From a virus (Duplodnaviria; Heunggongvirae; Uroviricota; Caudoviricetes), in IMG/VR virus record IMGVR_UViG_2690316184_000003: a DNA stretch of 5,505 bases, one strand, 5' to 3'. The notes under the pieces were generated by a model. That model did no database searches. It was not told the origin of the DNA and saw nothing but the letters and a program-made list of their open reading frames with translations. The position numbers and the translations under genes were made by a program. Positions 1-5,023 of this stretch are shown one piece after another. Every line of letters begins with the position of its first letter. The first letter of the stretch is position 1.

Positions 1-750
1 AACCTTGAAGCCTTACCAAAATATTACTCCCCAAAATCTCCAAAATTGAGCGATGACGCACCGGCGACAGGCTCAGGTGGTTTAACGATTACGGATGTGA
101 TGGCTGCGCAGGGGATGGTGCAGTCGAAAGCACCGCTTGGGTTTGCCTTATTCCTGGCAAAAGTTGGTGTTCAGGATCCTCAGTTTGCGATTGAAGGTCT
201 GCTCAATTACGCGATGGCAATGGATAACCCGACATTGAACAAATTGAGTGAAGAAACCCGGTTACAGATCATCCCTTACCTTGTGAGTTTTGCCTTTGCT
301 GATTATTCCAGGTCTGCGGCAAGTAAGGCTCGCTGTGAGCATTGTGCTGGTACTGGATTTCATAGTGTATTGCGCGAAGTGGTGAAACACTCCAGAAGCG
401 GGGAATCTGTTATCAAGGAAGAGTGGGTGAAGGAATTATGTCAGCATTGCCATGGTAAGGGAGAAGTCAGCACGGCTTGCAGAGGGTGTAAGGGTAAAGG
501 CATTGTCCTGGATGAAAAAAGAACCCGGCTTCATGGCACACCTGTTTATAAGATTTGTGGGCGTTGCAATGGAAACCGGTTTAGTCGTTTACCGACCACA
601 CTGGCACGACGTCATGTCCAGAAGCTGGTACCAGACCTGACTGATTATCAGTGGTACAAAGGATATGCAGACGTCATTGATAAACTGGTAACAAAGTGCT
701 GGCAGGAAGAAGCATTCGCTGAAGCACAATTGAGAAAGGTGACGAGATAA
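1..750 (+). CDS. Q: Late-gene antitermination protein Q (lambda Q family); 5' partial, start codon probably the 3 nt just upstream of the window
   Basis: Frame 1 is open from nt 1 to TAA 748-750; the track start at 46 is an internal TTG. The translation (NLEALPKYYSPKSPKLSDD..., TDVMAAQGM, FAFADYSRSAA, CGRCNGNRFSRLP, C-terminal VTR) matches lambda Q as I recall it (MRLESVAKFHSPKSPMMSD..., FAYADYCRSAA, CGRCKGVGYSRMP, ...VTR). It has four CxxCxGxG repeats. It sits directly upstream of a PR'-like promoter and the lysis genes. Confidence 0.85.
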   Translation, partial: NLEALPKYYSPKSPKLSDDAPATGSGGLTITDVMAAQGMVQSKAPLGFALFLAKVGVQDPQFAIEGLLNYAMAMDNPTLNKLSEETRLQIIPYLVSFAFADYSRSAASKARCEHCAGTGFHSVLREVVKHSRSGESVIKEEWVKELCQHCHGKGEVSTACRGCKGKGIVLDEKRTRLHGTPVYKICGRCNGNRFSRLPTTLARRHVQKLVPDLTDYQWYKGYADVIDKLVTKCWQEEAFAEAQLRKVTR

Positions 751-781
751 GTGATTTTCACCGAAGATGGCGACATGATGC

Positions 782-825
782 TTGCATTTCTCAAAAAATA
801 TGGATAAGATTTTCCCAACGATGGG
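782..825 (+). promoter_or_regulatory. PR'-like late promoter with a downstream -10-like pause element
   Basis: -35 TTGCAT (782-787), 17-bp spacer, -10 TAAGAT (805-810), then tttccc and AACGATGGG (817-825). Lambda PR' as I recall it has the same layout (TAAATT tgactc AACGATGGG), where AACGAT is the sigma70-dependent pause-inducing element needed for Q loading. It lies 32 nt after the Q stop. Confidence 0.65.
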
Positions 826-855
826 CTTTGTATGTCTACCGTTGATGAGTCCAAG

Positions 856-888
856 AACCCGCCGCCGAGCGGGTTAAATTATTTTTTC
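856..888 (+). terminator. Intrinsic terminator (tR'-like) ending the short PR' transcript
   Basis: Stem AACCCGC (856-862) / GCGGGTT (869-875), loop cgccga, followed by a T-rich tract aaattaTTTTTTc (T-run 882-887). About 70 nt downstream of the predicted PR' start. Confidence 0.55.
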
Positions 889-904
889 TTACACGGGGAT
901 ATGG

Positions 905-1435
905 ATGTTATACCGAGATCTTTTGCCTATTTTCTCAGAAAGACCCATATTTAAAGCTCCTGAGGCTGAAAGAATACTTCGTGAGCAATATTCTATCGCC
1001 GCCCCCACTCCTGTAATTCAGGAGATTTATTATGGATTGGCAGGTTATGACAGATTTCAGGAGCTTTATGGGGATCTTAATATTGACCAAATCGAATGGA
1101 AATTGATTGAACTTCCCACTAAAAATTTTTTAACTATCGGGGATAATGCTACTTACCCTGATTTTTTGCATGAGGTCGTTGAAGATTTCACAACCCGTAA
1201 AGGCGATGTATTTATGGATGATGAAATAAAAGCGCATTGGTGTAATTTTGGCACATGGTGTGAACCTCCATTTTTTATAGATCGAGCTTTGCTGAAAAGT
1301 AATACAACAGGGCTTCATTTAATGGAAGGGCATACAAGAGTTGGAACCCTGTTAGGGGCAGTTAAGTATAACTTCGTTAAGCTTGCTAATACTCATAAAA
1401 TTTATTATGCGCAAGCAAAAGAATGTATTAAATAA
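905..1435 (+). CDS. Hypothetical protein, 176 aa, AT-rich cargo (moron) gene of unknown function
   Basis: ATG at 905 preceded by GGGGAT (895-900) as a possible SD; uninterrupted 176-codon ORF. A 60-nt sample is about 37% GC against about 50% in the flanking Q and methyltransferase genes. A strong intrinsic terminator follows. I do not recognise the protein family; it contains YPD-x20-EIK, a possible PD-(D/E)xK-like motif, which is weak evidence only. Confidence 0.7.
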   Translation: MLYRDLLPIFSERPIFKAPEAERILREQYSIAAPTPVIQEIYYGLAGYDRFQELYGDLNIDQIEWKLIELPTKNFLTIGDNATYPDFLHEVVEDFTTRKGDVFMDDEIKAHWCNFGTWCEPPFFIDRALLKSNTTGLHLMEGHTRVGTLLGAVKYNFVKLANTHKIYYAQAKECIK

Positions 1436-1471
1436 GTTGAGTGAAATTACTGTTTTTTTTTAACAATACTT

Positions 1472-1493
1472 ACCGCGTTCTCGCGGTTTTTTT
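1472..1493 (+). terminator. Rho-independent terminator downstream of the 176-aa ORF
   Basis: Stem ACCGCG (1472-1477) / CGCGGT (1482-1487), loop ttct, followed by seven T (1487-1493). Confidence 0.8.
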
Positions 1494-1616
1494 ATAAATT
1501 AAACATTGGTGCAGTACGGTAAACACGCTGGTGGTCGTGAATACTGACTTTTTATCTTGCTGGCTTTTTAGACAAGAGTTATTGGTATGTCATGTTAACC
1601 ATGAAGGTAAAAAGAC

Positions 1617-1811
1617 ATGCTAAAACAGCAAGATATGACAGAAACGGCGAAAGTTGTTTTTAATGAATTAAACGGCAAACCGGCAACAGTCGGGGAGATA
1701 GCACAAAACACATACCTTTCACGCGAACGCTGTCAGTTAATACTGACCCAGCTGGTTATGGCGGGGCTGGCAGATTACCAGTTCGGCTGTTACAGACGCC
1801 TTCAGCAATGA
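1617..1811 (+). CDS. Small winged-helix DNA-binding protein, PapI/FaeA-like (64 aa)
   Basis: ATG 1617 with GAAGG (1603-1607) about 9 nt upstream. The segment NGKPATVGEIAQNTYLSRERCQLILTQLVMAGLA resembles the PapI/FaeA pattern (NGGKTAEIAEAL...YQARYYLLLLEKAGMV, from memory). Same strand and immediately upstream of the methyltransferase gene. Confidence 0.55.
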   Translation: MLKQQDMTETAKVVFNELNGKPATVGEIAQNTYLSRERCQLILTQLVMAGLADYQFGCYRRLQQ

Positions 1812-1960
1812 AGGGCTTTTAATTTGTGAAAATGGGCGGCTGGTGGGTGTTGGTAGCACCTGCCAGCCATTCGCTCATGCTTACTGGTCACAAGCGAACC
1901 ATGGCCCACTGCTTTAGCGCAAAAGCAGAGTGAGCCTACCAGAGTTACGCTTACTGATCC

Positions 1961-3022
1961 ATGAAAAACACTGTAAAAATAAACAGTATTGATTTAATCA
2001 ACGCTGATTGCCTGCATTTTATTCAGTCCCTGCCTGATGATTCCATTGACCTGATTGTTACCGATCCGCCTTACTTCAAGGTGAAACCCAACGGTTGGGA
2101 CAATCAGTGGAAAGGGGACGAAGATTACCTTAAGTGGCTGGACCACTGTCTGGCCCAGTTCTGGCGGGTGTTGAAACCTGCCGGAAGCCTTTACCTGTTC
2201 TGTGGGCATCGCCTGGCATCTGATATTGAGATCATGATGCGTGAACGTTTCAACGTGCTTAACCATATCATCTGGGCGAAGCCGTCCGGACGTTGGAATG
2301 GGTGTAATAAAGAAAGTCTACGCGCATATTTTCCTGCCACAGAGCGCGTTCTGTTTGCTGAACATTACCGGGGGCCATATCGCGGCAAAAGTGACGGCTA
2401 TGTGGCAAAAGAAAGGGAACTCAAACAGCACATAATGGCACCGCTGATATCGTATTTCAGGGATGCTCGTGCCGAACTGGGTATAACGGCAAAACAAATT
2501 GCCGAAGCCACAGGTAAGAAAAATATGGTTTCCCACTGGTTTGGTGCCAGTCAGTGGCAGTTGCCGAATGAGGCTGACTACCGGAAGTTACAGGCACTGT
2601 TTTCCCGTATAGCGGCAGAGAAGTTTCAGGAACAACAACTGGAACAACCACACCACCAGTTGGTGGCATCTTATGATTCACTGAATCGCAAATATTCTGA
2701 ATTGCTGGATGAGTTTAAATCTCTCCGGCGCTATTTCTCCGTATCAGTCTCCGTGCCTTATACCGATGTCTGGATGCATAAACCCGTTCAGTTCTACCCG
2801 GGTAAACATCCGTGTGAGAAACCGGCGGATATGCTCAGGCAAATAATCAATGCCAGTAGTCGACCCGGCGATCTGGTTGCTGATTTCTTTATGGGATCCG
2901 GTTCCACAATAAAAGCAGCAATGGCGCTGGGGCGTCGGGCGTTAGGTGTTGAGCTTGAGACAGAGCGGTTTAATCAGACCATCCAGGAAATCAGTATGTT
3001 ATCAGCAAATACAATTTTGTGA
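1961..3022 (+). CDS. DNA methyltransferase, beta-class amino-MTase (N6-adenine or N4-cytosine), apparently orphan
   Basis: 353-aa ORF. Catalytic motif IV DPPY (IVTDPPYF) lies near the N-terminus and the AdoMet motif I FxGxG (DFFMGSGST) near the C-terminus, the circular permutation typical of beta-class MTases (PF01555-like). The middle region has an HTH-like segment (GITAKQIAEATGKK). No restriction endonuclease partner is recognisable in the window. Confidence 0.9.
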   Translation: MKNTVKINSIDLINADCLHFIQSLPDDSIDLIVTDPPYFKVKPNGWDNQWKGDEDYLKWLDHCLAQFWRVLKPAGSLYLFCGHRLASDIEIMMRERFNVLNHIIWAKPSGRWNGCNKESLRAYFPATERVLFAEHYRGPYRGKSDGYVAKERELKQHIMAPLISYFRDARAELGITAKQIAEATGKKNMVSHWFGASQWQLPNEADYRKLQALFSRIAAEKFQEQQLEQPHHQLVASYDSLNRKYSELLDEFKSLRRYFSVSVSVPYTDVWMHKPVQFYPGKHPCEKPADMLRQIINASSRPGDLVADFFMGSGSTIKAAMALGRRALGVELETERFNQTIQEISMLSANTIL

Positions 3023-3264
3023 ATTAATTCAATTATTGGTGGGATGTCTGTGCCGTATAATGATTACAGATACAGTGTATCCTGCAATGCAGCAGGGCTG
3101 ATGTGGTGGGTTGTACATAGCCTGCAAAGGATTGGCTTCATTAATTCATCGTTGATACAAGCGAGTCACGGTTGACCACGCCAACGGCTCATCGGTAAAA
3201 ATCCGACACCGTGTCTTCTTAACTCACTTATTGTTTCCACCCATGTTTTTGGATACCTGCTGTA

Positions 3265-3303
3265 GCTGTCAGATTAGCGCGATAATCTGACAGCTTTTTT
3301 TTT
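3265..3303 (+). terminator. Strong rho-independent terminator
   Basis: Perfect 11-bp stem GCTGTCAGATT (3265-3275) / AATCTGACAGC (3284-3294), 8-nt loop, followed by nine T (3295-3303). Confidence 0.85.
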
Positions 3304-3591
3304 ACAACGAATCCTTCTGATCTGCTTTTGCGGGGCTTTTTTGTATCCGCTCCATGCCCGGCGTATAAGCGGAGGTTGGTCAGTTTTCTAAAAATTGAAA
3401 TACCTCACAATTCAGCCAGTTAATGGTTGTTTGTCTGGCGAAGAGTTTGTAAATAAAAAAACGCATGGTGAATCCCCCTAAGCGGCGGGGCGAATCAGCA
3501 GTCAGTTCTGGGATAATCGCGGGTTCGTATGCTGATGCCGGACTCACCGGGAGGCACCCGGCACCATGCATCATGGTCATCCCCTTGTATG

Positions 3592-3618
3592 ATACCCCTC
3601 TCCGGAGGGGTATTTTTT
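3592..3618 (+). terminator. Rho-independent terminator ending the structured element at 3463-3590
   Basis: Stem ATACCCCTC (3592-3600) / GAGGGGTAT (3605-3613), loop tccg, then TTTTT (to 3618). Confidence 0.7.
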
Positions 3619-3622
3619 GGAT

Positions 3623-3650
3623 AAAAAAGCCCGCGCTGGGAGGCACGGGC
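3623..3650 (-). terminator. Minus-strand intrinsic terminator, convergent with the 3592-3618 terminator
   Basis: On the minus strand: GCCCGUG / CGCGGGC stem (7 bp with one G-U pair), 8-nt loop, followed by UUUUUU (plus-strand A-run 3623-3628). Confidence 0.5.
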
Positions 3651-3885
3651 GGCAAGGAATAAAACGTGAAGAAATTTTCACAGGCGCATAATAATCCGAT
3701 GTTGCCAGATTTTGCAACTGCATCATCTGGTTATTATGTGAGCTGGAAAATCAGATTCTGTATGGACTGAAGCCATGCTGTTATTTAGGGCCAAAGAGCT
3801 GGCTTTTTCCCGCCTTCTCTCCAGTAACGATTAATGAGAAAAGAATGAAATGCTTTTCCTGGGGAGGAGGGCAGTAGAAAAAAGA

Positions 3886-3943
3886 ACCCGCCAGCAAAAA
3901 TATGGGGGATGAACAGCTTTTGCTACTCAGGTTGCTGGCGGGT
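3886..3943. repeat. Perfect 12-bp inverted repeat separated by 34 nt
   Basis: AACCCGCCAGCAA (3886-3897) pairs exactly with TTGCTGGCGGGT (3932-3943). On the minus strand the hairpin is followed by a T-rich tract (plus-strand agaaaaaag, 3876-3884). Confidence 0.6.
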
Positions 3944-4051
3944 ATGGTTCTTCATGAAATAAGAATGTTACGCGGTATTTTTAATGAAAATGATAATTAT
4001 TGTCAATTGGTTGTGCGTATTTTTTCATACATGACTGGTAAAGGTGATTCA

Positions 4052-4083
4052 GGCCATCAGAGTTTTGCTGATGGCCTTTTTTC
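4052..4083 (+). terminator. Rho-independent terminator immediately upstream of the holin gene
   Basis: Perfect 9-bp stem GGCCATCAG (4052-4060) / CTGATGGCC (4068-4076), 7-nt loop, followed by TTTTTTcttt (4077-4086). Confidence 0.8.
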
Positions 4084-4115
4084 TTTCCGGTAGCACAGGT
4101 CTGTTGGGGCGGGAT

Positions 4116-4331
4116 ATGTATCAGATGGAAAAAATATCAACAGGCATTGCCTACGGCACCTCCGCAGGCAGTGCTGGCTACTGGTTTTTACAATGGCTTG
4201 ATCAGGTTAGTCCGTCTCAGTGGGCTGCGATTGGTGTACTGGGAAGTCTGGTTCTGGGCTTTCTGACTTATCTGACGAATCTGTACTTCAAAATCAGAGA
4301 AGACAGAAGAAAGGCTGCGAGAGGAGAGTAA
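4116..4331 (+). CDS. S: Class II holin (phage 21 S-like pinholin) with dual start (Met1 antiholin / Met4 holin)
   Basis: The translation [71 protein letters not shown] (71 aa) closely matches the S21 holin as I recall it. Two in-frame ATGs at 4116 and 4125 give the 71/68 dual-start arrangement. Two hydrophobic segments and a charged C-terminus. The track ORF from 4044 is a GTG extension that runs through the upstream terminator hairpin and is unlikely to be real. Confidence 0.85.
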   Translation: MYQMEKISTGIAYGTSAGSAGYWFLQWLDQVSPSQWAAIGVLGSLVLGFLTYLTNLYFKIREDRRKAARGE

Positions 4332-4335
4332 TATA

Positions 4336-4680
4336 ATGGTCCAAAACTATGAAATGATTGTGAAAGGGATCCGCAATTTTGAGAATAAAGTTACGGTAAC
4401 TTTAGCATTACAGGACAAAGAACGCTTTGACGGTGAAATTTTTGACCTGGACATCTCGCTGGACCGTGTTGAAGGTGCCGCGCTGGAGTTTTATGAGGCA
4501 GCAGCCAGAAGGAGCATCAGACAGGTCTTCCTGGATGTTGCTGCCGGGTTATGTGGAGGGGATGAGCAGTCGCCGGAAAAGCGCCCCATAATTTTAGAGG
4601 CGCAGAGTGTGTGGATAACCTACAAAGGAAAACTGCCGGGAAGAATTACTGGTTCACTGAAGACTCCGCCGAAATGGTAA
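4336..4680 (+). CDS. Conserved prophage lysis-cassette protein of unknown function (resembles the small ORF found between holin and endolysin in E. coli prophages, possibly DUF826/YdfR-like)
   Basis: ATG 4336 lies 4 nt after the holin stop, with SD GAGGAGAG (4321-4328) overlapping the holin 3' end, which suggests translational coupling. 114 codons with protein-like composition. The family name is from memory and uncertain. Confidence 0.65.
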   Translation: MVQNYEMIVKGIRNFENKVTVTLALQDKERFDGEIFDLDISLDRVEGAALEFYEAAARRSIRQVFLDVAAGLCGGDEQSPEKRPIILEAQSVWITYKGKLPGRITGSLKTPPKW

Positions 4681-4918
4681 TTTCACCAGCATATTTTTCT
4701 TCCAGTAATACCGCCAGCCACTTGAAAGAATTTTGTTGTTGCTGGGACCATTTGGGGTTGAGTGATTCAAGCTGGAGCGATGCCAGTGTTGGTTGCATTT
4801 GTTCCTTGGGAATTGAGAATGCCAGATATGAAAATGCGACAGTAAGGGCATTTACATCATCCCGAAGCCTGGAAATGCAGTCGAGCAACTCCTGTAGAGA
4901 AATGGTGCTATTGTCCAT
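4646..4918 (-). CDS. Candidate small protein (90 aa) encoded antisense inside the lysis cassette
   Basis: On the minus strand a strong SD AGAGAGGA (plus 4925-4932) sits 6 nt upstream of ATG (plus 4916-4918). The ORF has protein-like composition (MDNSTISLQELLDCISRLRDDVNALTVAFSYLAFSIPKEQ...), unlike the Cys/Ser-rich plus-strand overlap 4611-4943. Its 3' end overlaps the 4336-4680 gene by 35 nt. A promoter-like TTGAAT-N15-TAAATA lies upstream on the minus strand. Confidence 0.4.
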   Translation of the reverse strand: MDNSTISLQELLDCISRLRDDVNALTVAFSYLAFSIPKEQMQPTLASLQLESLNPKWSQQQQNSFKWLAVLLEEKYAGEITISAESSVNQ

Positions 4919-5023
4919 AAACAATCCTCTCTATTGTATTTAACTATTCCTTGCCTGATTCAACAGGCCGGGACAGATAAACATATCCAGGGTTCAGAAA
5001 CCGATAAATCCTGATAAATATCC

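Noticed and set aside
452-854. Track ORFs 452-640 (+) and 648-854 (-) overlapping the Q gene and the PR' region
   Set aside because: Alternative-frame or antisense ORFs inside a well-supported gene, with poor composition and no RBS. The minus-strand ORF runs through the promoter and terminator hairpin.
1130-1318. Minus-strand 62-aa ORF inside the 176-aa gene
   Set aside because: Antisense to the AT-rich ORF, with Cys/Phe-rich odd composition; a typical spurious ORF in AT-rich DNA.
1994-2681. Track ORFs 1994-2266 (-), 2241-2435 (+), 2318-2536 (-) and 2457-2681 (-) inside the methyltransferase gene
   Set aside because: All overlap a gene with clear catalytic motifs in another frame or strand; no independent support.
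3490-3570. Possible tRNA or tRNA remnant (GGGTTCG T-loop-like motif, 7-bp stem, GCACCA)
   Set aside because: No cloverleaf can be built: there are no D-arm or T-arm complements, the acceptor pairing fails at position 3, and the outer helix spans 107 nt. Stx-type phages carry tRNAs at this position, so a decayed remnant is possible but unsupported.
3380-3662. ORFs 3380-3655 (-) and 3465-3662 (+)
   Set aside because: Both run through GC-rich hairpins and terminators, with Pro/Gly/Arg-rich composition typical of translated structured non-coding sequence. Treated as an RNA element instead.
853-3892. 11-nt exact repeat AAGAACCCGCC at 853-863 and 3882-3892, both at the start of hairpins
   Set aside because: A few 11-mer matches are expected by chance in 5.5 kb, and the flanking sequences do not extend the match.
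3902-4115. Track ORF 3902-4093 (+) and the upstream GTG extension (4044-4115) of the holin ORF
   Set aside because: No RBS; they run through the 12-bp inverted repeat and the 4052-4083 terminator hairpin. Holin homology begins at ATG 4116.
3023-4115. Shiga toxin or other toxin cargo, CRISPR array, IS element
   Set aside because: No ORF of suitable size, no regular direct-repeat/spacer pattern, and no transposase-like ORF or terminal inverted repeats.
4611-4943. Plus-strand 110-aa ORF 4611-4943 and minus-strand ORF 4654-4851
   Set aside because: Cys/Ser/Trp-rich, non-protein-like composition with no RBS; shadow frames of the more plausible minus-strand ORF 4646-4918.
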